A DNA stretch of 64,000 bases from Hypanus sabinus (taxonomy: Eukaryota), in the NCBI RefSeq assembly GCF_030144855.1, contig NC_082724.1:47368001-47432000 (forward strand), given 5' to 3'. Below are positions 1 through 9,404 of the stretch, piece by piece. Numbering within the stretch: the first letter of the stretch is position 1; the number at the start of each line of letters is the position of its first letter. Position numbers and translations under genes: made by a program. The notes below the pieces were generated by a model. That model made no database searches. It was not told where the DNA came from and worked only from the letters and a program-made list of their open reading frames with translations.

Positions 1-16
1 GGTGAGAGAATGGAAC

Positions 17-150
17 ATTCTTCATCAGGACAAATCTCGGCCTGAAATGTTGACTATACTCTCTTCCATAGATGATGCCTGGACTGCTGAGTTCCTCCAG
101 CATTTTGTGGGTGTTCCTTGGATTTCCAGCATCTGCAGATTTTCTCTTGT
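17..150 (+). mobile_element. Penelope-like element terminal (pLTR/3' end) fragment
   Basis: Contains tctcggcctgaaatgttgac...ctgctgagttcctccagcattttgtg...tttccagcatctgcag. The same block terminates the GIY-YIG-bearing fragments at 23167 and 63153. Confidence 0.7.
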
Positions 151-1242
151 GAACAGAACATTTGAAATTGAGGAACTGAATCATAGAGGCAGAACATATG
201 AAAGGGTAGAGCTTCGTTCTTTAAGATTCTGTATTGTTTTCTAGCCCCCAAACCACCATGAAACTAATAAGAGTTGGGGAACAAATGATGTTGGTTTCAT
301 GTGGGCTGGGTCTGAACAATGACCAACAAAGGCAAAACCCAAGACTTGATGCTATAAATGAGTGATTACCAGTCAGTTGAATCATTAAAGTAACATTTTG
401 TGTCTTTTTATATTAATACCACTTTGTGTTGTGTTCCTTTGGGAATTAAAGCACTGAACTTTGTTAGTAGAATGTATTCTGGCATGCAGTTTACCTTGGG
501 ATCATGGAAGTTGGGGGAAATAGAACAATTGAGGACAGAAATTTTTGATATGGAAACTGATTTAAAATAACTTGAGTAGATCTCAGCCATAAATCAACTA
601 TTGGTGGGCTGCTTTCTATTTTGATTGCACCATAGGTAGTAAAGTGAGCTTCAATAGTTTGGCCAAATAGAACCACAACTAAATAAGATTGACCACCACC
701 TTAAATACACAAATTAATAGAATAAAATAGTTTATTCAGGTTGTCTGCTTAATGGTTAAATGTTGCAAAAGCTTGGAAAAGTGACAAGATACGGTATAAA
801 TGATACTGCTGCTTTAAAAATATTGTGTTGTGGTCGGTTCATCCTTGCTGTGTAAATAGCAATGGTTTTAATTTTCAAATAGGCGATTTGAAAGCCAACA
901 ACTAGAAGCTAGAAAGATGTTTATGCAATTTTAACAGAGATGATGTGAGAATGCATGGTAATTACTATAATTATCATGATTACCTCAATTTGATTGTCAG
1001 GTTGATGAATTTATGCTGCAATTTTTTTTGTTCGACTTTTTTAATCCTGATCCACATCTAACCTTTAATTGATAAAAGATTGTTCAGTTACTATTGGAAT
1101 AAAGGTTATTCAATTTAATGTGAAAAGATATTTTTCAAATACTCCTTCTATGGATTAAGAACTGTAGGCATAGAGATAAAATGTGTGGGCTGCTGCATTT
1201 TTGAAGTTGTCACTACTATTTTAACTCGATAATTACCTCTGC

Positions 1243-1601
1243 NNNNNNNNNNNNNNNNNNNNNNNNNNNNNNNNNNNNNNNNNNNNNNNNNNNNNNNNNN
1301 NNNNNNNNNNNNNNNNNNNNNNNNNNNNNNNNNNNNNNNNNNNNNNNNNNNNNNNNNNNNNNNNNNNNNNNNNNNNNNNNNNNNNNNNNNNNNNNNNNNN
1401 NNNNNNNNNNNNNNNNNNNNNNNNNNNNNNNNNNNNNNNNNNNNNNNNNNNNNNNNNNNNNNNNNNNNNNNNNNNNNNNNNNNNNNNNNNNNNNNNNNNN
1501 NNNNNNNNNNNNNNNNNNNNNNNNNNNNNNNNNNNNNNNNNNNNNNNNNNNNNNNNNNNNNNNNNNNNNNNNNNNNNNNNNNNNNNNNNNNNNNNNNNNN
1601 N
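1243..1601. other. Assembly gap (359 N)
   Basis: Run of N. Confidence 1.
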
Positions 1602-2039
1602 AGGCTTGTTCACAACTCTCTGCAGGTTCTTGCAGTCTTGGGCAGAGCAGTTGCCATGTCAAGTTGTGACATATCCAGATGGGATGTAGTAAATATTGGT
1701 GAGGGTCATTGGGAACATTTCCCTATTTGTTTAGCGTTCTGAGAAAATAGAGGCCCTGGTGCACTTTTTTGGCCATTTCATCTACGTGGATAATGAGTAA
1801 AGATGGACATGGACGGAGTTTGCTGAAGAATTTATATCCATGGTGCATAATTTTCCTGACTTTATGTTCCCATTGTATATTTATCTTTCGAAACCGCAAG
1901 ATGTGAATTAGATTTATGGGTGCTTTTAAATAATTTTTATTTCTGTAGGATGAAGGGGAATTAAAATTATTCTGGAAATCATAACTAAGCATTTTATCAT
2001 TAATTATGATCGTGGAATTGTATTATGGAAACAAAAGAG

Positions 2040-2567
2040 ATTTGTATTCTGCTACAACGCAATAATATAAACAACAAGTTCTGCAGTTTTAAGCAACCCT
2101 TCCGCTGGGAGTTCTCTCCCTCAATCATACCCACACCTCCCTACTATTTGCCTCATTTTTTCTGATCTTGTCAACCTCTCATTTTTGCTCACTTTCCCTC
2201 AATATCCCCCCCATCACCTCCAGAATCCCGATTACCCATCCCTCCCCCCATTCACCCAGCACACATACAATTCACCTATAGGTTTTCTGCCCCCAAATTA
2301 ATTAGCTGTAGTTCCATCTGTCATCCACTTTCCCCTCAGGGCTCTAATTATCACCTCCTGTACTTATCAGAGCCCAGCACTGATAAAGCTTTCAGGTCCT
2401 ATTTTTCTCCCTCCGTCACCTTGCTCAAAACTTACACTCCCCTCCCACGTTTTCCTTGGTCTGCCTCTCATTTATTTTCCTCTCTCTCTTTGTCTACTGT
2501 CATTCACTTGCCACTGTCTACGAATTCTACTTCCCTCCCCTCTTGACACAACTTACTTTTCATCTTA
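2040..2567 (+). mobile_element. Old Penelope-like 3' region, left part, interrupted by the CR1 insertion
   Basis: Pyrimidine-rich tract resembling the reverse complement of 23300-23620. It resumes after the CR1 at about 6922 and ends in the cagtcctgatg...gaaac...gactg terminus. Confidence 0.45.
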
Positions 2568-2626
2568 TATAAGGGAGATACTGAGTGAGGTAGTCCTCTT
2601 TTGGAAGAGGACAGCGAGGCTTGAGA

Positions 2627-2742
2627 GGAAGTGCGGCGGCGGCCATTTTCAAATTGTCCAATTGCTTCTCAGATCGGAGTTCTGAGAGGCGGGACTGCGC
2701 AGGCGCGTGAAGGAGGCCCGGGAAGGAGGGAAGATATAAAAA
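2627..2742 (+). promoter_or_regulatory. Candidate internal Pol II promoter of the CR1 5' UTR
   Basis: GGAAGT (ETS-type) 2627-2632, GGCGGCCATTTT (YY1-type) 2638-2649, GAGGCGGGA (GC-box-like) 2686-2694, TGCGCAGGCGCG (NRF1-type) 2696-2707, TATAAAAA 2735-2742. Motif matches only. Confidence 0.5.
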
Positions 2743-2891
2743 GAACGCAGCCTTAAGAAGTGGGCAGCTTCGTTTGTGGGCAGCGGAGTGAGCCGGGCGC
2801 AGAGTGTAGGGCTTGGGCTCAGAGGGCTTAGGCGGAAGAGGGCACAGTAGGCTTATCTTTTAGTTCTTGTATTTTCAGTTATTTGGGAGGT

Positions 2892-3821
2892 ATGAGTGTG
2901 AGGGCAGCTTGTTGTTCTCGGTGTCGGATGTGGGAGATCCTGGAGTCTCCGAGCCTCCCGGACGTCCACATCTGCGCCAGGTGCGCCGAACTGCAGCTCC
3001 TGAGGGACCGAGTTAGGGAACTGGAGCTGCAGCTCGATGACCTTCGCCTGGTCAGGAAGAGTGAGGAGGTGATAGAGAGGAGTTACAGGCAGGTGGTCAC
3101 TCCGGGACCACGGGAGGCAGATGGGTGGGTTACAGTCAGGAAGGGGAAGAGGCAGGTACTAGAGAGTACCCCAGTGGCTGTACCCCTTGACAATAAGTAC
3201 TCATGTTTGAGTACTGTTGGGGGGGACAGCCTACCTGGTGGGAGTGACAGTGGCCGAGCCTCCGGCACAGAGGACGGCCCTGTAGCTCAGAAGGGTAGGG
3301 TTAGAAGAAAGAGGTCCATAGTAATAGGGGACTCAATAGTCAGGGGCTCAGACGGGCGTTTCTGTGGAGGTGACCGGGAGTCCCGGATGTTAATTTGCCT
3401 CCCTGGTGCCAGGGTTCGGGACGTTTCTGATCGCGTCCAAGATATCCTGAAGTGGGAGGGTGAAGAGCCAGAGGTCATGGTACATGTAGGTACCAATGAC
3501 ATAGGAAGGAAAGGGGAAGAGGTCCTGAAACGAGAGTATAGGGAGTTAGGAAGGCAGTTAAGAAGAAGGACCGCAAAGGTAGTAATCTCGGGATTACTGC
3601 CTGTGCCACGCGACAGTGAGAGTAGGAATAGAATTAGGTGGAGGATGAATGCGTGGCTGTGGGATTGGAGCAGGGGGCAGGGATTCAAGTTTCTGGATCA
3701 TTGGGACCTCTTCTGGGGCAGGAGTGACCTGTTCAAGAAGGACGGGTTACACTTGAATCGTGGGGGGACCAATATCCTAGCGGGGAGGTTTGCTAGGGCT
3801 ACAGGGCGGACTTTAAACTAG
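2892..3821 (+). CDS. CR1 ORF1p: Cys-rich zinc-finger-like N-terminus, coiled coil, SGNH/GDSL esterase domain
   Basis: First ATG at 2892 in the 2883-3821 ORF. CSRC...CARC cysteine pairs, a heptad-like stretch LRDRVRELELQL, and SGNH blocks VIGDSIVR, HVGTNDI and DGLHLN. Confidence 0.9.
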   Translation: MSVRAACCSRCRMWEILESPSLPDVHICARCAELQLLRDRVRELELQLDDLRLVRKSEEVIERSYRQVVTPGPREADGWVTVRKGKRQVLESTPVAVPLDNKYSCLSTVGGDSLPGGSDSGRASGTEDGPVAQKGRVRRKRSIVIGDSIVRGSDGRFCGGDRESRMLICLPGARVRDVSDRVQDILKWEGEEPEVMVHVGTNDIGRKGEEVLKREYRELGRQLRRRTAKVVISGLLPVPRDSESRNRIRWRMNAWLWDWSRGQGFKFLDHWDLFWGRSDLFKKDGLHLNRGGTNILAGRFARATGRTLN

Positions 3822-3856
3822 TAAGATGGGGGGTCGGGAGACTATTTGAGGAGACT

Positions 3857-6838
3857 ATGGGAGAGGAGGTTAGTTCACCAGTGGAGCAAGTAAATAGACA
3901 GTGTGTGAGGGAGGAAAGGCAGCTGATGGAGAAGGGATGCGCTCAGCCCGAAGATGTAGGGGAGAAGAAAGAAAAGGATAATAAATTTGAATGCATTTTT
4001 AGGGATGGAAAGAGAGGAGGAGATGGAGAGTATCGTAAATGTATCTATTTTAATGCTAGGAGCATTGTAAGAAAGGTGGATGAGCTTAGAGCGTGGATTG
4101 ATACCTGGAATTATGATGTTGTAGCTATTAGTGAAACATGGTTGCAGGAAGGGTGTGATTGGCAACTAAATATTCCTGGATTTAGTTGCTTCAGGTGTGA
4201 TAGAGTAGGAGGGGCCAGAGGAGGAGGTGTTGCATTGCTTGTCCGAGAAAATCTTATGGCGGTGCTTTGGAAGGATAGATTAGAGAGCTCCTCTAGGGAG
4301 ACCATTTGGGTGGAATTGAAGAATGGGAAAGGTGCAGTAACACTGATAGGAGTGTATTATAGGCCACCTAATGGGGCGCGTGAGTTGGAAGAGCAAATGT
4401 GTAAGGAGATAACAGATATTTGTAGTAAACACAAGGTGGTGATTGTGGGAGATTTTAATTTTCCACACGTAGACTGGGAAGCTCATTCTGTAAAAGGGCT
4501 GGATGGTTTAGAGTTTGTGAAATGTGTGCAGGATAGTTTTTTGCAACAATACATAGAAGTACCGACTAGAGATGGGGCAGTGTTGGATCTTCTGTTAGAG
4601 AATGCGATAGGTCAGCTGACAGATGTATGTGTTGGGGAGCACTTCGGGTCCAGTGATCGCAATAGCATTAACTTCAATATAATTATGGAGAAGGACAGGA
4701 CTGGACCTAGAGTTGAGATTTTTGATTGGAGAAAGGCTAACTTTGAGGGGATGCGAAGGGATTTAGAGAGAGTGGATTGGGTCAAGTTGTTTTATGGGAA
4801 GGATGTAATAGAGAAATGGAGGTCATTTAAGGGTGAAATTATGAGGGTACAGAATCTTTATGTTCCTCTTAGGGTGAAAGGAAAGGTTAAAGGTTTGAGA
4901 GCACCATGGTTTTCAAGGGATATTAGAAATTTGGTTCAGAAAAAGAGGGATGTCTACAATAGATATAGGCAGCATGGAGTAAAGGAATTGCTCAAGGAAT
5001 ATAAAGAATGTAAAAGGAATCTTAAGAAAGAGATTAGAAAAGCTAAAAGAAGATACGAGGTTGGTTTGGCAAATAAGGTGAAAGTAAATCCGAAAGGTTT
5101 CTACAGTTATATTAAAAGCAAGAGGATAGTGAGGGATAAAATTGGCCCCTTAGAGAATCAGAGTGGTCAGCCATGTGTGGAACCGAAGGAGATGGGAGAG
5201 ATTTTGAATGATTTCTTCTCTTCAGTATTCACTAAGGAGAAGGATATTGAATTGTCTAAGGTGTGGGAAACAAGTAAGGAAGTTATGGAACCTATGACAA
5301 TTAAAGAGATGGAGGTACTGGCGCTTTTAAGAAATTTAAAAGTGGATAAATCTCCGGGTCCTGACAGGATATTCCCCAGGACCTTGAGGGAAGTTTGTGT
5401 AGAAATAGCAGGAGCTCTGACGGAGATCTTTAATATGTCATTAGAAACGGGGATTGTGCCGGAGGATTGGCGTATTGCTCATGTGGTTCCATTGTTTAAA
5501 AAGGGTTCTAGAAGGAAGCCTAGCAATTATAGACCTGTCAGTTTGACATCAGTGGTGGGTAAATTAATGGAAAGTATTCTTAGAGATAGAATTTATAATT
5601 ATCTGGATAGACGGGATCTGATTAGAAGTAGCCAGCATGGATTTGTGTGTGGAAGGTCATGTTTGACAAACCTTATTGAATTTTTTGAAGAAGTTACGAG
5701 GAATGTTGACGAGGGTAAGGCAGTGGATGTAGTCTATATGGACTTCAGCAAAGCCTTTGACAAAGTTCCACATGGAAGGTTGGTTAAGAAGGTTCAGTCG
5801 TTAGGTATTAATGCTGGAGTAATAAAATGGATTCAACAGTGGCTAGATGGGAGATGCCAGAGAGTAGTGGTGGATAATTGTTTATCGGGATGGAGGCCGG
5901 TGACTAGCGGGGTGCCTCAGGGATCTGTTTTGGGCCCAATGTTGTTTGTAATATACATAAATGATCTGGATGATGGGGTGGTAAATTGGATTAGTAAGTA
6001 TGCCGATGATACTAAGGTAGGTGTTGTGGATAATGAGGTGGATTTTGAAAGCTTGCAGGGAGATTTATGCCGGTTAGAAGAATGGGCTGAACGTTGGCAG
6101 ATGGAGTTTAATGCTGAGAAGTGTGAGGTTCTACATTTTGGCAGGAATAATCCAAATAGAACATACAGAGTAAATGGTAGGGCATTGAGGAATGCAGAGG
6201 AACAGAGAGATCTAGGAATAACTGTGCATAGTTCCCTGAAAGTGGAGTCTCATGTAGATAGGGTAGTGAAGAGGGCTTTTGGAACGCTGGCCTTTATAAA
6301 TCAAAGCATTGAGAACAGAAGTTGGGATGTAATGCTAAAGTTGTACAAGGCATTGGTAAGGCCAAATTTGGAATATTGTGTGCAGTTCTGGTCACCGAAT
6401 TATAGGAAAGATATCAATAAATTAGAGAGAGTGCAGAGACGATTTACTAGGATGTTACCTGGGTTTCAGCAATTAAGTTACAGAGAAAGGTTGAACAAGT
6501 TAGGTCTCTATTCATTGGAGCGTAGAAGGTTGAGGGGGGATTTGATCAAGGTATTTAAAATTTTGAGAGGGATAGATAGAGTTGACGTGAACAGGCTGTT
6601 CCCATTGAGAGTAGGGGAGATTCAAACTAGAGGACATGATTTGAGAGTTAGGGGGCAGAAGTTTAAGGGAAACATGAGGGGGTATTTCTTTACTCAAAGA
6701 GTGATAGCTGTGTGGAATGAGCTTCCTGTAGAAGTAGTAGAGGCCAGTTCAGTTGTGTCATTTAAGGTAAAATTGGATAGGTATATGGACAAGAAAGGAG
6801 TGGAGGGTTATGGGCTGAGTGCGGGTAGGTGGGACTAG
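3857..6838 (+). CDS. CR1 ORF2p: APE endonuclease plus reverse transcriptase (993 aa, uninterrupted)
   Basis: Endonuclease motifs FNARS, SETWL, YYRPP, GDFN and SDR (normally SDH). RT motifs KSPGPD, NYRPVSLTS, QHGF, DFSKAFDKV, GVPQGSVLGP and YADD. CR1-type C-terminus RRLRGDLI, TRGH, FFTQRV..WN.LP. Confidence 0.97.
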   Translation: MGEEVSSPVEQVNRQCVREERQLMEKGCAQPEDVGEKKEKDNKFECIFRDGKRGGDGEYRKCIYFNARSIVRKVDELRAWIDTWNYDVVAISETWLQEGCDWQLNIPGFSCFRCDRVGGARGGGVALLVRENLMAVLWKDRLESSSRETIWVELKNGKGAVTLIGVYYRPPNGARELEEQMCKEITDICSKHKVVIVGDFNFPHVDWEAHSVKGLDGLEFVKCVQDSFLQQYIEVPTRDGAVLDLLLENAIGQLTDVCVGEHFGSSDRNSINFNIIMEKDRTGPRVEIFDWRKANFEGMRRDLERVDWVKLFYGKDVIEKWRSFKGEIMRVQNLYVPLRVKGKVKGLRAPWFSRDIRNLVQKKRDVYNRYRQHGVKELLKEYKECKRNLKKEIRKAKRRYEVGLANKVKVNPKGFYSYIKSKRIVRDKIGPLENQSGQPCVEPKEMGEILNDFFSSVFTKEKDIELSKVWETSKEVMEPMTIKEMEVLALLRNLKVDKSPGPDRIFPRTLREVCVEIAGALTEIFNMSLETGIVPEDWRIAHVVPLFKKGSRRKPSNYRPVSLTSVVGKLMESILRDRIYNYLDRRDLIRSSQHGFVCGRSCLTNLIEFFEEVTRNVDEGKAVDVVYMDFSKAFDKVPHGRLVKKVQSLGINAGVIKWIQQWLDGRCQRVVVDNCLSGWRPVTSGVPQGSVLGPMLFVIYINDLDDGVVNWISKYADDTKVGVVDNEVDFESLQGDLCRLEEWAERWQMEFNAEKCEVLHFGRNNPNRTYRVNGRALRNAEEQRDLGITVHSSLKVESHVDRVVKRAFGTLAFINQSIENRSWDVMLKLYKALVRPNLEYCVQFWSPNYRKDINKLERVQRRFTRMLPGFQQLSYRERLNKLGLYSLERRRLRGDLIKVFKILRGIDRVDVNRLFPLRVGEIQTRGHDLRVRGQKFKGNMRGYFFTQRVIAVWNELPVEVVEASSVVSFKVKLDRYMDKKGVEGYGLSAGRWD

Positions 6839-6921
6839 GTGAGATTAAGGGTTCGGCACGGACTAGGAGGGCCAAGATGGCCTGTTTCCGTGCTGTGATT
6901 GTTATATGGTTATATGGTTAT

Positions 6922-7100
6922 CTTACAACCACCCCTCCCCTCAGTATTGCCTCTGACTCTGGTCTCACCACTCCTCTTCTCTTCCTTATACTGGCCATCT
7001 CACCTCTCCTCTCTCAGTCCTGATGCAGGGTTTCAACCGAAACATTGACTGTACCTTTCCTCCCACGGATGCTGCTCAACCCAAGCAGATAGATTGCAGC
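6922..7100 (+). mobile_element. Penelope-like 3' terminus with a degenerate minimal hammerhead motif (7015-7051)
   Basis: cagtc-CTGATGC-agggtttcaacc-GAAAC-att-gactg followed by gatgctgc. Confidence 0.6.
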
Positions 7101-7289
7101 CAATGTATTAATTCTAGAGGTCAAAGTTGACTAGCTACCACTCTTGTTCTGTACTACTGATGGGGCCAATGAAGAACAGGAAGCATTGGAGATGCCTGGC
7201 AGTGTGGTTGGGATGTGTTTGGCAGGTAGTATCTTCTTCCCACTGTTCATGCTGGGCTCTTAAAAAATGTTACTGAGTTTCACAAAGGT

Positions 7290-7500
7290 CATTCCAAATG
7301 TTCATTTCTTAGGAACAGCTTCTTCCCTTCCACGATCAGATTTCTGAATGGTCCACTACTTTACTCTCTTTTTGCACAATTTATTTGTATTTGTTTTATT
7401 TGTAACTTGTATTGTATTTTTTAATGTATTGCACTGTACTGCTACTGCAAAACAACAAAATTCTTCATAAATGTCAGTGAAAATAAATCTGATTCTGATT
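7290..7500 (+). mobile_element. 3' end of a Rex1/Babar-type LINE
   Basis: aggaacagcttcttccct (RNSFFP) followed by a 3' UTR ending in (CTGATT)n. It resembles the reverse complement of 42912-43150. Confidence 0.55.
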
Positions 7501-8346
7501 CCATTTTGACCAGTAATAGACTATGGATTCCCAGGAGCCATTTGGGATATTACACTTTTTCAAGTATGCTTTGAAATATCTTTGAATATTTCCATCATCC
7601 ACCTGTAACTTGTTGCTATGGGGTTATGTGCCAGGATTCCTGAATGCATTTGATGTGGCCAGTTTATTGGAACTAATTGCAACAGAAGAATACTAACATT
7701 ACTTCTCTTAAAAGTTGCTGTCAGAAGTTCTGGAGACAGCATTTTCGGTATCTTCCAGTACTCTAGTGGGTAATGTAAGTACTCTATGATCTGGAAGTAT
7801 TTAGGAGGACTAAATCACTGCTGCCTCGTGGAACACAAGCACTGTGTAAGGCTTGGGGTCTAGATCTGTGTAACATCTTCCTTGGGCAAACAAAGACTTT
7901 GCTGGTATAATGAAGTCAATGGTAAATTTCTTTTATCAACATCTACCTTCATTGAGAGTGGCTCCATAGGTATCCCAAGAGGTCTGTAGTTTCTAGGGCA
8001 GATTGCTCGAGGTCCATTGTATGGATCTGTGATAACAATTTTCTCAGGTGATTTGATGAAGGGACTGATAATGATTTGAAGTCAAGTCTCCTAATAGGCA
8101 CTGACAATACCACAGTTGCAACATTTAAAAAATGTGTATTAAAATTGAAACCTGGCAAAAGCATTGACTGGTATGATAGTTTATAATATGGTTCTTTTGA
8201 TCATATATGCTTGATATTTGAAACAGTAATTAGAAGCAGAGATAATGTGTGGAACAACTTCCAAAATGTATTGAAGTATTCAAGCTTAGGAGAGCAAGAT
8301 GATTGTAGACTATTTAGTGATTGACTGAACTGTTTGAGCTGAGAGT

Positions 8347-8615
8347 TTGCACAGTTGCATAGTGGTTAGTGGAATATTTTACATGACACCACCTGTAAGA
8401 CCATGGTTCAATTCCCGTTGCTGTCTGTATGGAGTTTGTATGTTCTCCAGTGACTGTATAGGTTTCTGCTGGTTTTCCCCCACATTCCAAAGATGTATGG
8501 TTAGGGTTAATACGTTGTAGGCATGATGTGCTGGTGCCAGATACTTGTAGGCTGTCCGAGCACATCCTAATGCAAGCAATGCATTTCATTGTATTGTAAA
8601 AGTCATCTTATCTTT
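8347..8615 (+). mobile_element. tRNA-derived SINE (V-SINE/HE1-like)
   Basis: A-box-like tagtggttag, B-box-like ggttcaattcc (8405-8415), V-domain-like tggagtttgtatgttctcc...ggtttct...cccacattccaaaga. Confidence 0.75.
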
Positions 8616-9024
8616 AACTTAAGAAACAAAAATCAAGCTAACTTATTGAAATGAAAGGAAGAGAGGTTGGAATTTATGTGCAGTACTACATGACCTCAGA
8701 AAATCCCACAGACTGGCTACAGCTAATGAAGCCCCATGGAAATTAAGTCACTTTGTCTAGTGGGAAGCTCAATCATTAGGACATTCGAGAACTGCATAGG
8801 GAATGACTAACCCATGCATCCCAGGTGCACAAATTGAAATTGCAGGAATGACTAACAACAAAGACTGCCTAGTGATATAAATGGCCAAGATGTGACTGCT
8901 ACCTTCATGGAAATAATCAAATACTGAAAAGTATTAAGCTTCTTGGGCAGTTTCTTTATTCCCCTTACTATTCTTGTGATCTTAAATTTGTGTTTTCTGA
9001 TTAAAATATTGCTACTGTTGCAAT

Positions 9025-9178
9025 GTAGGAGACTCAGCACCTTACATTGTGCACCATAATGTCCTATAAACAACTTAAATGCAGGAAAAACAATGTGAAT
9101 AGAATAAGAAATATTAGTTAGGGCATTAAGAGATACTAACACCCCCTCTCTCATTCCCCATGAAAGCAATGGTTTGGT
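9025..9178 (-). mobile_element. Ancient Deu-domain SINE relic, split by the Gypsy insertion and continuing at 13213-13350
   Basis: Weak similarity by eye to the reverse complement of the AmnSINE1/SacSINE1 body, on both sides of the LTR element. Confidence 0.4.
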
Positions 9179-9389
9179 TGTAGGCTAACATAATTGGGAG
9201 AAATGTATATAATTCACAACCTTTGACATTGAGTTATGGTTCTGCTTTAAGAGGCTGTCCTGATATGATGACATGGTTACATAAGGACTTGAAGAACACT
9301 TCTGTGTTTAGGTTTTGGAGTTTAATAAAATCTGATATGGGTTTCATTATATAAAGCAACTCACATCATTTTATTTACAAAAACTTTTA
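9179..9389 (+). repeat. 5' LTR
   Basis: Begins TGTAGGCTAACATAATTGGG and aligns to 13009-13212. Contains AATAAA. The terminal CA has decayed to TA. Confidence 0.88.
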
Positions 9390-9390
9390 T

Positions 9391-9404
9391 TGGTGATCCC
9401 AATG
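9391..9404 (+). other. Primer-binding site, tRNA-Trp type (degenerate)
   Basis: TGGTGATCCCAATG immediately after the LTR, versus the tRNA-Trp complement TGGTGACCCCGACG. All three differences are transitions, two of them at CpG sites. Confidence 0.7.

Larger units (their letters stand above)
2568..6921 (+). mobile_element. Full-length, young CR1-clade LINE
   Basis: CpG-rich 5' UTR, open ORF1 and ORF2, short 3' UTR ending in a (GTTATATG)n tail at 6901-6921. ATCTTA flanks both ends (2562-2567 and 6920-6925) as a possible TSD or microhomology. Confidence 0.95.

Noticed and set aside
1216-1662. Two long ORFs in the track
   Set aside because: They are artefacts of the N gap.
3083-4486. Antisense ORFs within the CR1, and likewise 32869-33396 in the L1
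   Set aside because: They are shadows of the coding strand with no recognisable domains.
8355-8420. tRNA-like A/B boxes, also at 27060-27137 and 62667-62730
   Set aside because: These are SINE heads followed by V-domains, with no intact cloverleaf.
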